From positions 11,321-75,320 of the forward strand of contig NZ_JBAZUD010000001.1 in NCBI RefSeq assembly GCF_041661565.1: a DNA stretch of 64,000 nt. The letters run 5' to 3'. The notes below the pieces were generated by a model that worked only from the letters and a program-made list of their open reading frames with translations, was not told the DNA's origin and made no database searches. A program made the position numbers and the translations under genes. Positions 40,739 to 50,026 of the stretch are shown here, piece by piece; the first letter of the stretch is position 1, and every line of letters begins with the position of its first letter. Source of the stretch: Mesorhizobium sp. (GTDB taxonomy: Bacteria; Pseudomonadota; Alphaproteobacteria; Rhizobiales; Rhizobiaceae).

Positions 40739-42127
40739 ATGGACTATGACATGCTGGTCATCGGCAGCGGCCCCTCCGGCCGCCGTGCAGCGGTGCAGTC
40801 GGCCAAGCTGGGCAAATCCGTGCTGGTGGTCGACCGCGGCCGGCGCCTCGGCGGCGTCTCCGTGCACACAGGCACCATTCCATCGAAAACACTTCGCGAA
40901 ACGGTGCTCAATCTTTCGGGCTGGCGAGAACGCGGCTTCTACGGACGCGGCTACCGGGTCAAGGAGGACATTTCGGTCGGCGATCTGGTCCAGCGCCTGC
41001 ACAAGACGCTCGATCATGAGGTCGAGGTTCTGCAGCATCAGTTCATGCGCAACAACGTCAGGAGCGCGCGCGCCGCGGTCAAGTTTCTCGGTCCCAACAG
41101 GGTCAGCCTGACGACGGACAATGGCGACTACAGCGAGGTGGGTTTCACCCATGCGCTGGTGGCCGTCGGCACCAGGCCGCATCGTCCCGCCGACGTTCCT
41201 TTCGACAAGACCAGGGTCTTCGACAGCGACGAGATGTTGGAGCTCGACCGCCTGCCGCGCACCCTGACGGTGATCGGCGCCGGCGTCATCGGCGTCGAAT
41301 ACGCCACGATCTTTTCCGCGCTCGACGTGCCGGTGACACTGGTCGAGCCGCGCAACTCCATTCTTGATTTCGTCGACCGCGAGATCGTCGACGATTTCAT
41401 CCACCAGATGCGCGATCGCGGCATGACGATCCGGCTGGGCAGCGCGGTCAAGGAAATCCGCTCCAAGCCGGAAGCAGCCGAGGTGGAACTGGCCGATGGC
41501 CGCACCATCCGTTCGGAGGTGGTGCTCTATGCGGCCGGCCGGACCGGCAATGTCGGCAGCCTGGGCCTCGATGTGGTCGGGATCGAAGCCGACTCCCGCG
41601 GCCGCATCAAGGTCGATCCGCAGACCTTCCAGACCAGCGTGCCCAATATCTACGCCGCCGGCGATGTCATCGGCTTTCCGAGCCTCGCGTCGACGTCGAT
41701 GGAGCAGGGCAGGGTGGCGGCATGCCATGCCTTCGGCGTGCCGTTGCCGCCGCCGCCCGAAACATTCCCGTACGGCATCTATGCGGTGCCGGAAATCTCG
41801 ACGGTCGGCCAGTCCGAGGAACAGGTGCGCCAGAGCGGCGGCGCCTATGAGATTGGCGTGGCGCGCTTCCGCGAGACCTCGCGCGGCCACATCATGGGCG
41901 TCGACACCGGCTTCCTGAAACTGCTGTTCTCGATCGAGACGCGTCGCCTGCTCGGCGCGCACATCGTCGGCGAGGGAGCCACCGAACTGATCCATATCGG
42001 CCAGGCGGTGATCAATCTCGGCGGCACCGTCGACTTCTTCGTCAACAACACCTTCAACTATCCGACACTGGCGGAGGCCTACAAGATCGCCGGACTGGAT
42101 GCCTGGAACAGGATGGGGCGAGGGTAA
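40739..42127 (+). CDS. sthA: Soluble (Si-specific) pyridine nucleotide transhydrogenase
   Basis: GSGPSG, GGVSVHTGTIPSKTLRE (no redox-active Cys pair), GAGVIG and FNYPTLAEAYK. Confidence 0.93.
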   Translation: MDYDMLVIGSGPSGRRAAVQSAKLGKSVLVVDRGRRLGGVSVHTGTIPSKTLRETVLNLSGWRERGFYGRGYRVKEDISVGDLVQRLHKTLDHEVEVLQHQFMRNNVRSARAAVKFLGPNRVSLTTDNGDYSEVGFTHALVAVGTRPHRPADVPFDKTRVFDSDEMLELDRLPRTLTVIGAGVIGVEYATIFSALDVPVTLVEPRNSILDFVDREIVDDFIHQMRDRGMTIRLGSAVKEIRSKPEAAEVELADGRTIRSEVVLYAAGRTGNVGSLGLDVVGIEADSRGRIKVDPQTFQTSVPNIYAAGDVIGFPSLASTSMEQGRVAACHAFGVPLPPPPETFPYGIYAVPEISTVGQSEEQVRQSGGAYEIGVARFRETSRGHIMGVDTGFLKLLFSIETRRLLGAHIVGEGATELIHIGQAVINLGGTVDFFVNNTFNYPTLAEAYKIAGLDAWNRMGRG

Positions 42128-42178
42128 GCCTGCTCTGTCCGCCGCTCTCAGCCCCGCATCACCGGGCCGGCGCCGCAG

Positions 42179-42838
42179 TCAGCCTTGCACGGTCGAAGCC
42201 GCCAGCCATTGCCTGACGATTGCCGCGTCCGTGTCGCCGAATTCGTGTCCCGACGCGACGATCCGCGCATCGACTTCGGCCCCATGCCGGCTTAGCAATG
42301 TCACCAGCACCGGCGCGAAGGGTGCATAGACAAGATCGGTGGCGCCGGCGATGATCAGCACTTTCGCCTTCGCCAGATCCGTCGCCGGCACGTCGTCCAG
42401 CACCGGCATCGGCCGCAGCAGCGCGGCGCGTTCGACAAGGCCAGGATGCAGCAGCATCAGGCTCGAAACGAGATTGGCGCCATTCGAATAGCCGAGGAAC
42501 GTCGTGCTGGAGAGGTCGAGCTCATGCCGCGCCGCGGCGTCGGTGACGAAGCCGGCGAAGGCGTCGGTTTCAGCGCGGATGCTTTGCTGATCGAAACGCG
42601 TCGGCGTGATGCGTGCGAACCATCGAAAGCCATCGTCTTGGGCGATGCGGCCACGCACGGCGACCAGCACGGCGCGCGGCGCGATCTCACGCGCCAGCTG
42701 CAGCAATGTCGTCTCGTCAACCCCAGACCCGTGCAGCAGGAAAAGGCATTCGCTGGTGCGATTCCCGGGCCTGTAGACCCGATAGGGAAACGCCAGATCG
42801 AGCCGCAAAGCGCCGTCCGGGAGGTTCTTATCGGTCAT
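42179..42838 (-). CDS. Alpha/beta hydrolase (phospholipase/carboxylesterase family)
   Basis: LLHGSG, nucleophile motif GYSNGA and SGHE. Confidence 0.88.
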   Translation of the reverse strand: MTDKNLPDGALRLDLAFPYRVYRPGNRTSECLFLLHGSGVDETTLLQLAREIAPRAVLVAVRGRIAQDDGFRWFARITPTRFDQQSIRAETDAFAGFVTDAAARHELDLSSTTFLGYSNGANLVSSLMLLHPGLVERAALLRPMPVLDDVPATDLAKAKVLIIAGATDLVYAPFAPVLVTLLSRHGAEVDARIVASGHEFGDTDAAIVRQWLAASTVQG

Positions 42839-43040
42839 CGGTACATCCCGTTGGTGGCGGTTCTGGCAGTCGGTTTGCCGGCTTAAAAACGTAATATTTT
42901 CAATCACCTCGAAAAGTTGATTGAACCGGGCGCATTGCAGTCCGTTTCTGGCGCGATATCATTTCGCGGAAGGAATCGAAGCGGTGCGCCTGGGCGGTCG
43001 CATTGCCCGCATGAACAAGCAGCTTTGAGGCCTTTTGTCG

Positions 43041-44243
43041 ATGACCACCCAGATTTCGCCGGACCGCGATGCTCGTGTCCCATACCGTGACACGCGCATC
43101 GATGTGTTGCGAGCGCTCGCCCTGCTGACCATCTTTGTCGATCATGTGCCAGGCACCGCGTTCGAGCAACTGACCTACAAGAATCTGGGCTTTTCGGACG
43201 CGGCGGAGGTTTTCGTGCTGATCTCCGGCATCTCGGTGGCGCTTGCCTACGGCACAAAGTTCCAGCCCGGGAACCGGCTGCTGCTAACGTTGAAGATGTG
43301 GCGCCGCGCCGGGGTTCTCTATGCCGCACACATCGTCACCACCATGATTGTCATGGCGATTTTCTGCGCGGCGGCCGTGTCCTCCAAGCGCCCTGACCTT
43401 TTGACGCTGATAAACATCGAACCGCTGATGAAGAATACGCCGCAGGTGCTGGTCGGCATCGCGACCCTCGGCCATCAGCTTGGCTACAACAACATCCTGC
43501 CGGTCTACGCGGTGCTGCTCCTTTTGGCGCCTCTCTTCCTGTTCGTCATCGGCACCCGGCCCATGCTGGCTCTGGCCGCGTCCGGTGCCCTGTGGCTGGC
43601 GGCCGGGATCTATCAGATCGCGCCTCCGAATTACCCCGAGCCGGGCTTCTGGTTTCTCAATCCGCTTTCATGGCAGTTTCTTTTCACCATCGGCCTGGTG
43701 GCCACGTTGCATGTGCGTCGCGGCGGCGCCATTCCGGTCAATCGCTGGCTGATCGGCGCGGCCCTGGCCTATACCGTCGCGGCCCTGGTCTGGGTTCACA
43801 GCCCGCTTTGGGGACAAATCTCCTGGTTTGGCCTGCCTCCGGTTCTGACGGGTTTCGACAAGACATTCCTGTCGCTGCCGAGGCTGCTGCATATCATGGC
43901 GCTGAGCTACCTGGTCGTGGCGTTGCCGGCCGTCTCGGCCTTGTTTCGCACGGGACGCGATCATCCACTGGCGATACTGGGCAAGCGATCGCTGCCGGTC
44001 TTCATTGCCGGTACGGTGCTCGCCCTGACCGCCCAGGTGCTGAAACAGATCAATCCGGGCGGGTTTGCCTATGACAGCCTCTTGATTGCCGCTGGCATCG
44101 CCGTGCAATTCGCACTCGCCTACTATCTGGAATGGCTCTCCGGTCTTGGCTTGTCGGCGAAACGCCGCCCGGCGTGGACTGAAGCGCCGCCTGCCCATGC
44201 GACCTTCAGCATGTCACCCGTGATGGCGGCAGCCAGCCGATGA
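43041..44243 (+). CDS. opgC: OpgC-family periplasmic glucan succinyltransferase
   Basis: RD.RID.LRALAL.TIFVDH, GFSDAAEVFV.ISG, NILP.Y, NPLSWQ and LGKRSLPVF. Confidence 0.9.
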   Translation: MTTQISPDRDARVPYRDTRIDVLRALALLTIFVDHVPGTAFEQLTYKNLGFSDAAEVFVLISGISVALAYGTKFQPGNRLLLTLKMWRRAGVLYAAHIVTTMIVMAIFCAAAVSSKRPDLLTLINIEPLMKNTPQVLVGIATLGHQLGYNNILPVYAVLLLLAPLFLFVIGTRPMLALAASGALWLAAGIYQIAPPNYPEPGFWFLNPLSWQFLFTIGLVATLHVRRGGAIPVNRWLIGAALAYTVAALVWVHSPLWGQISWFGLPPVLTGFDKTFLSLPRLLHIMALSYLVVALPAVSALFRTGRDHPLAILGKRSLPVFIAGTVLALTAQVLKQINPGGFAYDSLLIAAGIAVQFALAYYLEWLSGLGLSAKRRPAWTEAPPAHATFSMSPVMAAASR

Positions 44244-44264
44244 TGGCCTTGGGGTCCAGCCGGC

Positions 44265-45338
44265 TTAGGCGGGCGAAGGACCGGACGACGACCGCACAAC
44301 CAGATCAACAGGCAGCAATTGCCGGCTGAGCGACCCGTCGTTTTCGAGGATCGCCTTGACGGCACGGCGTCCCATTTCGGCGATCGGCTGGGCGACCGTG
44401 GTCAGCGGTGGCTTGGAGTCCGCTCCTTCGGGCACACCGTCGAAGCCAACGATCGAAACATCGCCTGGCACGGCGATATCGTGTTGCCGCAACCAGTCCA
44501 GAGCGTGCAGGGCGATCTTGTCCGACATTGCGAGGATCGCGGTCGGCCTGGAGCCCGCGAAGATATGGTCGAGCCCGGCCCAGACACTTTTCTCGTCGTT
44601 GACGGTTTCGCAGATAGGCACATTCGAGACGTCGATGCCGAAACGGACGAGTTCCCCGAAATAGCCGCGCAGGCGGTCGCGAGTCGCTGAAAAAAGGGCC
44701 TTCTCGACCTGTGCCTGGGTAACCGCGCCGAAGCGCCCGTCGACGCAGGGCAGGGTGAGCACGGCAAAGCGACGATGGCCAAGCTCGGCCAAATGACGCG
44801 CGGCGAGGCCAGCCCCTTCGATGTTGTCGACACCGATGGCCGCAACCGCTTGGTCGTCCGAATCGAGATCGAGCGCCACGAAGGGCAATTTGCGTTCGCG
44901 TGCCAGCTGCACTAGGCGCGAGTCGCCCTCCATGCAGAAGACAATGAATCCGTCGACGAGGGCGCTCTGGATGTTCCAGGCGAGTTGTTCGCTGTTGGCG
45001 GCCGACACCAGCGAAATCCCGGCACCCGTCGCGTCGCATGCCTGCGAGATGCTGGCCATCATCACTCGCGCGAAAGGGTCGTCGAAGAAATAGGACAGGG
45101 GCTCGCCGGTGGCGACACCGATGGCGTTGACCTTGCCGGCGCGCAGCAGACGGCCCTTCGGGTCGGGGCCGGCATAGCCCATCGCCTCCGCCGCCGCCTT
45201 GACCCGCTCGCGGACCTCCTCGCGCACAATGTCCGGACGCGCGAACACGTTGGAAGCAGTGCCGTGCGAGACGCCGGCGGCCTTGGCGATGTCCGCCAGC
45301 CGAACCGGCCTTGTCTTTCCAGAGGTCAATGGCGTCAT
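44265..45338 (-). CDS. LacI-family transcriptional regulator
   Basis: HTH LADIAKAAGVSHGTASNVF; VSIVGFD and PPLTTVAQP. Confidence 0.95.
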   Translation of the reverse strand: MTPLTSGKTRPVRLADIAKAAGVSHGTASNVFARPDIVREEVRERVKAAAEAMGYAGPDPKGRLLRAGKVNAIGVATGEPLSYFFDDPFARVMMASISQACDATGAGISLVSAANSEQLAWNIQSALVDGFIVFCMEGDSRLVQLARERKLPFVALDLDSDDQAVAAIGVDNIEGAGLAARHLAELGHRRFAVLTLPCVDGRFGAVTQAQVEKALFSATRDRLRGYFGELVRFGIDVSNVPICETVNDEKSVWAGLDHIFAGSRPTAILAMSDKIALHALDWLRQHDIAVPGDVSIVGFDGVPEGADSKPPLTTVAQPIAEMGRRAVKAILENDGSLSRQLLPVDLVVRSSSGPSPA

Positions 45339-45373
45339 CCTTGTCTCCTAGGCCGCTTCATCTAGCACTTTCG

Positions 45374-45471
45374 TTGGATCGGTTCAAATTATGGCTTGAA
45401 GGACCGTCGGACCAGGAGTATCGTTGAATCGATTCAAGGGGGTTTTCGCGCTTTGGATTGGATCGATTCAA
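45374..45471. promoter_or_regulatory. Three LacI-type palindromic operators
   Basis: TTGGATCGGTTCAA (45374-45387), TTGAATCGATTCAA (45424-45437, perfect) and TTGGATCGATTCAA (45458-45471). Confidence 0.8.
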
Positions 45472-45490
45472 ATTCGAAGGAGTGCGCATC

Positions 45491-45643
45491 ATGCATCCGG
45501 TGAGTTATCTGTTCGAAGACATCTACCGCAATTACTGGGGCATCTCGCCGGCCAGCCGGCCGCAGAAGGGTCGCCTGGCCAGGATGTGGCGGCGCAATCG
45601 TGAGCCGCCGCTGCTCCAGCCCGGGCGTCGGCGAGACGTTTGA
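45491..45643 (+). CDS. Small hypothetical protein (50 aa)
   Basis: RBS AAGGAG, then MHPVSYLFEDIYRNYWGI...; divergent from the LacI gene. Confidence 0.7.
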   Translation: MHPVSYLFEDIYRNYWGISPASRPQKGRLARMWRRNREPPLLQPGRRRDV

Positions 45644-46009
45644 TCAGGAGCGTCGACGCGGCAGCGCCGACGCCGCCATCGCCAGCCAGCCGGCAATCAG
45701 CAGCGTGCCGCCGATTGGCGCCGACATCGGAAACAGTCTTGATCCGAGGACGTCGCGGGCAACGAGATCGCCTGCGAAAAGCAGGAGTCCGGCGAGCAGC
45801 ACAAGGCTCGCAACCCAGAGGCAGCGCTTCGCGCCGATCAAGCCAACGGCGAGGAAGACCGGCGCATGCATCAGAAGGAACGACGCGGCCGTACCTGTAA
45901 AGGCGCCGCCGCGATGGGCGGCCGCAGCCGAAAGCGCCACGCCCGCCGCGCCGACGACACCGCCGGCGAACACCAGGATACGGCTACCATTTGTCTGGGT
46001 TGGGTTCAT
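45644..46009 (-). CDS. DUF423 (YgdD/TMEM256) membrane protein
   Basis: GAAGVALSAAAAH, LLMHA, LFAGDL and APIGG.LLI.GW. Confidence 0.85.
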   Translation of the reverse strand: MNPTQTNGSRILVFAGGVVGAAGVALSAAAAHRGGAFTGTAASFLLMHAPVFLAVGLIGAKRCLWVASLVLLAGLLLFAGDLVARDVLGSRLFPMSAPIGGTLLIAGWLAMAASALPRRRS

Positions 46010-46047
46010 GGCGGGGCGGTTCCTTGTCTGGCCGGTCAACGAGCCTC

Positions 46048-47304
46048 TCAAGGCTCTCCTGCTTCCAGCGCCATATGACGCGTCCGCCGCGATTGGACAA
46101 TCCAGTTGTAGACCGCGCCGCCCGCCATCAGCACCGATGTGCCGAGGAACACCGCCCGCATGCCCAGATGGCCACCGACGAAGCCGCCGGTCAATGGTCC
46201 CGCGACCTGCCCGACATATTGCGCCGAGATTGCCAAGCCAAGCACATTGCCGCCGACGCCATCGGGAATGTTGTGGCGGATGACGCTGGTGATGCAAGGC
46301 AGCAGGCCGCCCAGCGCCAGCCCCATAAGAAAGCGCAGGCCGATCAGCTGCCAGCTGTTGGTGACGAAGGCCTGCGGAATGAGCAGCAGTGCCGAGACGG
46401 CCAGCGCTCCGACGACCACATTCCAGTGGCCGACGCGATCCGCCAGCCTGCCAAGCCAGGATGCCGACAGGATGGTGCCGAGCGCCGCCGCCGCCATCAC
46501 AACGCCGGCGACGAGCGTCACCCGGCTTTGATCTTCGATAAGTTGCTGGACATAGACAGTTATGATCGGCTCGATCGACATGGTGGCGAAGGCGAGCAGC
46601 ATGCCGGTTGTCAGCATGGCCACCACGGGGCGCTTGTCTGGGATCTGCGACCAGCCGCTTCTCGGCTTCGCCGCCGATGTGGGCCTGGCGGTCTGCGGGC
46701 GCGGGTTTTCCTTGATCAGGAAGGTCGTTGCCAGGAAAGCGAGGAAGATGACGCCGCCCGACAAGAGGAAAGTCGCGCGGATGCCGATTACCGGCGGCAG
46801 CGCGCCGCCGAGCAGGGGGCCGACCAGCGAGCCGGCCGTGATCCCAGCGGAAAGCACACCCAGCGCCCAGCCGGAGCGATCCTTCGGCGTCTGCATGGCC
46901 ACGAGTATGGTAGAACCCGAGGAATAACCTCCGGCAAAGCCGATCAGCAGGCGCAGCAGCACCAGTTGCCAGACGGACTGCACCATGCCGGTCAGCGACA
47001 TGCAGATGGCCATGCCGAAGCTGGCGCGAACCAGCATAACCTTGCGGCCATAACGGTCGCCGAGACGTCCCCAGAGGGGTGCCACCAGTGCCGCCGCGAA
47101 GAAGGTCGCGCCATAGGCGATGCCCGACCATTGCACGATCGCAGCATGGCCCTTGGCGCCGAGCTGCTCGATATAGAGCGGCAGGAACGGCAACAGCAGC
47201 GTCATGGCGACAAGGGTGGAGAACGATCCGGCAAAGCACACGAACAGGTTGCGCCGCCAGTGGACATTATAGGTGCTGTCGGTCGTCGTCGTGTTCTGCT
47301 GCAT
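46048..47304 (-). CDS. MFS transporter, DHA1 (MdtG-like)
   Basis: WRRNL, LPFLPLYI, WGRLGDRYGRK.ML.RA and GPLLGG. Confidence 0.9.
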   Translation of the reverse strand: MQQNTTTTDSTYNVHWRRNLFVCFAGSFSTLVAMTLLLPFLPLYIEQLGAKGHAAIVQWSGIAYGATFFAAALVAPLWGRLGDRYGRKVMLVRASFGMAICMSLTGMVQSVWQLVLLRLLIGFAGGYSSGSTILVAMQTPKDRSGWALGVLSAGITAGSLVGPLLGGALPPVIGIRATFLLSGGVIFLAFLATTFLIKENPRPQTARPTSAAKPRSGWSQIPDKRPVVAMLTTGMLLAFATMSIEPIITVYVQQLIEDQSRVTLVAGVVMAAAALGTILSASWLGRLADRVGHWNVVVGALAVSALLLIPQAFVTNSWQLIGLRFLMGLALGGLLPCITSVIRHNIPDGVGGNVLGLAISAQYVGQVAGPLTGGFVGGHLGMRAVFLGTSVLMAGGAVYNWIVQSRRTRHMALEAGEP

Positions 47305-47344
47305 GTCACATGTCCTGCCGCGCACCGCATGGCCTGTTGTCGCG

Positions 47345-47374
47345 GGTACCAACTTGGGATACCAAGATGGTATT
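47345..47374. promoter_or_regulatory. Putative GntR/FadR-type operator
   Basis: GGTACCAACTTGGGATACCAAGATGGTATT contains the near-palindrome TTGGGATACCAA and sits between the divergent MFS and gntR genes. Confidence 0.55.
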
Positions 47375-47483
47375 CGTGATGGACGCTAGGCTGGCCGCTG
47401 TCAATGCGACCCTCGCAAGCGTGATCGAAAAACGTGGACCGGCAGGAAGATCGCCGGCCGACGGCACAGGAACGGAACCGGCA

Positions 47484-48149
47484 ATGTCGCAGATGCAGAG
47501 CGTGGAAAAACAGCTTCGGCACATGATCCTTGGCCTCGAGATCGGCCCTGGCGAGAAACTGACCGAGCGCTGGATCGAAAGCCGCTTCGGTGCGTCGCGA
47601 ACGCCTGTCAGGGCGGCCCTGCTACGGCTCGAGACCGAAGGCTTGGTCAGCAGGGACGGCCGCGGCTGGACGGTTTCGCCCATCAATCTGGCCGAGCTGG
47701 AGCAGATCGCCGTCTACCGGGAAGCCGTAGAAGTCGCCGCGCTTCGCCTGACATGTGCCCTCGAAGACAGGAGCGCCGTCGATGTCATAGAGGCCATGCT
47801 CGAATCCTGCGACAACGACACGCCACGCGAGGAGTGGCATCGCGTCGGCATGGATTTTCACATCGAGCTGGCGCGTCTTTCGGGCAATGAATTCCTGTTC
47901 CGGGCCGTTCGCGATTCCATGACGCGACTGTCGCGGGCGCGCTGGCTGGAGGTTCGAGACGAAGCAGCGCTTGCTCGCGCATGGGCCGAACATCGCGCCA
48001 TTCTGGCCGCTGTGCGCCTCGGCGACACCGACAAGGCGACGCGCCTGCTGTCGAGCCACATCGTCGGCAGCCGCGATCGGCTGGTGACATCGCTCGCCAA
48101 TGACCGGCGCGGTCTTCGTGCCAGGGGATTTGCCGTCGTCGCCGCCTAG
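47484..48149 (+). CDS. GntR-family (FCD) transcriptional regulator
   Basis: PGEKLTE, GASRTPVRAALLRLE.EGLV, FH.ELARLSGN and EHRAIL. Confidence 0.93.
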   Translation: MSQMQSVEKQLRHMILGLEIGPGEKLTERWIESRFGASRTPVRAALLRLETEGLVSRDGRGWTVSPINLAELEQIAVYREAVEVAALRLTCALEDRSAVDVIEAMLESCDNDTPREEWHRVGMDFHIELARLSGNEFLFRAVRDSMTRLSRARWLEVRDEAALARAWAEHRAILAAVRLGDTDKATRLLSSHIVGSRDRLVTSLANDRRGLRARGFAVVAA

Positions 48150-48255
48150 CTGCCATGGTCGGGGGGCCGGTGTCCATGCGGGCAAAAAGGCCCATCCGGG
48201 CCTGACGCGCACTTTCGCCCTCGCTTCACGACCGCCGATGGCGTAAGGAGCGGCC

Positions 48256-48516
48256 ATGGAAAACAACCGATTTGAAACACCCGTGACCGTCAAATCAGTC
48301 ACGCCGGGGAGCACCCAGCTCTTGCGAACGGCCCGCGAGGCTTCCGACTACCTGCTCAACAGCTGGCCGGGAAAGCGCAGCCCCAAGCACCGCGCGGCCC
48401 TGCAGGCCTGCCACGATGCGTTGGCGGGCGACAAGCCGGCAATGAATGCCAGACGGGCTTTCATCGCGGCAGCGCGTGAAGTGGATGTCTTCGTCAGCGA
48501 CAAGGCGCCGGCCTGA
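48256..48516 (+). CDS. DUF982 family protein
   Basis: F..PVTV...REA.DYLL..WP......A..AC..AL......AR.AF..AARE; RBS AAGGAG. Confidence 0.85.
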   Translation: MENNRFETPVTVKSVTPGSTQLLRTAREASDYLLNSWPGKRSPKHRAALQACHDALAGDKPAMNARRAFIAAAREVDVFVSDKAPA

Positions 48517-48579
48517 CATAGACGCAGCTGAGCGACGATCAGGATTGAGGCACGGCCCGCGCTCGCGGGCCTTTTGCCG

Positions 48580-48726
48580 TCATTCCGCGGTTTCGGCGTC
48601 GGTCTCGTCCTCGGGCTTCGAACGTTCCCGCGCGGCAACCTTGGCCGCCAGCTTCTCGGCTTTCTTCGCCGCCTTCTGGCGGTCGCGTTCCTTGCGCTCC
48701 TGGTCGTAATTTGGTGGTCGCGCCAT
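48580..48726 (-). CDS. Small charged protein (48 aa), not in the ORF track
   Basis: RBS AAGGAG, then MARPPNYDQERKERDRQKAAKKAEKLAAKVAARERSKPEDETDAETAE*. Confidence 0.75.
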   Translation of the reverse strand: MARPPNYDQERKERDRQKAAKKAEKLAAKVAARERSKPEDETDAETAE

Positions 48727-48925
48727 ATCGGCTCCTTTTCACTGCCTCGCGGCTCTGATCCTGCCTAGGAGCATTGGCTTTCAAACACAACACCAGAAGC
48801 GCCCGCCGCGCCGATGATTTGCCGGGCTTCGCAAGATCCGGGCTTGCAAGACACGCGGCACAATGGTGTAGGAAGTGCCAGGGGCCGCTGTATTGAGAGT
48901 CCCGGCTTATTTTATCAAGTGAAAC

Positions 48926-49897
48926 ATGGCCAAGATTGCGCGAACGACGGCAAAGGTCTTCTACTATGCGCGAAACGCCGCGCGCGATATCGCCCCGCAG
49001 GCATTGTTTCGCCGAAGACTGACCGCTCGCCTGGAAAAGGCCAGGCTGCCCGATGCTGCAGTACGCCGGCGGCTGAATCACTACAACAAGCTGCAGAATG
49101 CGTTTACGCCCAGCGCGAATGCCGTGGCCGTCGGCAAGCTGCCTTTCACGCCGACCATGTATTATTACGACCTGAAGGAATTCGCCCGCTATTTCGATCC
49201 GGCGTTGCTTATCGATCTGGAATTCGGGGACGTAATCGACGTGCCGGAGGTTCCGTCGATCGTCAAGGATAGGCCGATTTGCGCTAACGACAGCAATGCG
49301 GTCCTCATGAAGCTCGACAAGTTTCGTCATTTCCAGATGCCCGCCGACTCGACTCGTTTCGCCGACAAGCTTCCGGCCGTGGTCTGGCGCGGCGATCTCA
49401 ACAACCCCATACGCACAAGGTTTCTGAATGCCGTACGTGGCCTGCCGTTCTGCGACGCCGGCTCGCACAAGCCGAACGCGCCGGCCGAGTACAGCAAGCC
49501 CTTCCTCAGCATCAGCCAGCATCAGCGTTATCGCTACATTGTCTCGCTCGAAGGCAATGACGTGGCGACCAACCTGAAATGGATCATGAGCTCGAAGTCG
49601 CTTTGCCTGATGCCGCCGCCGACATACGAGACATGGTTTGCGGAAAGCCAGCTCGAAGCCGATGTCCATTATGTACCGCTCGAAGCCGACTTCTCCAATC
49701 TTGCGGAACGCGTGGCGTATTTCGAACGCCGTCCCGAGCAGGCCGAACGCATCATCGCCGCTGCGAATGCCTATTGCAGGACATTCGCCAACGAGCAGGC
49801 CGAGCAGGCGATCTCCCTGCTGGTGCTCTACAAATATTTGGTGCTCAGCGGCCAGATCAAACCCGACTCGGAAGTCTGGCGCTACATCACGGGCTGA
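48926..49897 (+). CDS. Glycosyltransferase family 90 (LpsA/CAP10-like)
   Basis: VWRG, YRYIVSLEGNDVATNLKW, ETWF.E..L...HYV. Confidence 0.85.
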   Translation: MAKIARTTAKVFYYARNAARDIAPQALFRRRLTARLEKARLPDAAVRRRLNHYNKLQNAFTPSANAVAVGKLPFTPTMYYYDLKEFARYFDPALLIDLEFGDVIDVPEVPSIVKDRPICANDSNAVLMKLDKFRHFQMPADSTRFADKLPAVVWRGDLNNPIRTRFLNAVRGLPFCDAGSHKPNAPAEYSKPFLSISQHQRYRYIVSLEGNDVATNLKWIMSSKSLCLMPPPTYETWFAESQLEADVHYVPLEADFSNLAERVAYFERRPEQAERIIAAANAYCRTFANEQAEQAISLLVLYKYLVLSGQIKPDSEVWRYITG

Positions 49898-49970
49898 AGC
49901 GATTGCGAAATAGTGTGAAACGGTTTTCCCCGAAAAAGCGCGTAACGCTTTCCCTTGGGAATTGCGTTAG
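49898..49970. repeat. Rhizobial intergenic mosaic-type repeat
   Basis: agtgtgaaacggttttcc...ggaattgcg resembles a common Mesorhizobium/Rhizobium intergenic repeat as I recall it. Confidence 0.55.
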
Positions 49971-50026
49971 ATGATGGAGTTGCCCGGCGGAAGGCGCCGG
50001 CCGGGCCTCCTCGTCGAACCCCGCGG

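Noticed and set aside
45644-47239. 531-aa ORF suggesting an MFS-DUF423 fusion
   Set aside because: Only the last 121 codons are DUF423; the upstream part is an off-frame read of the MFS gene.
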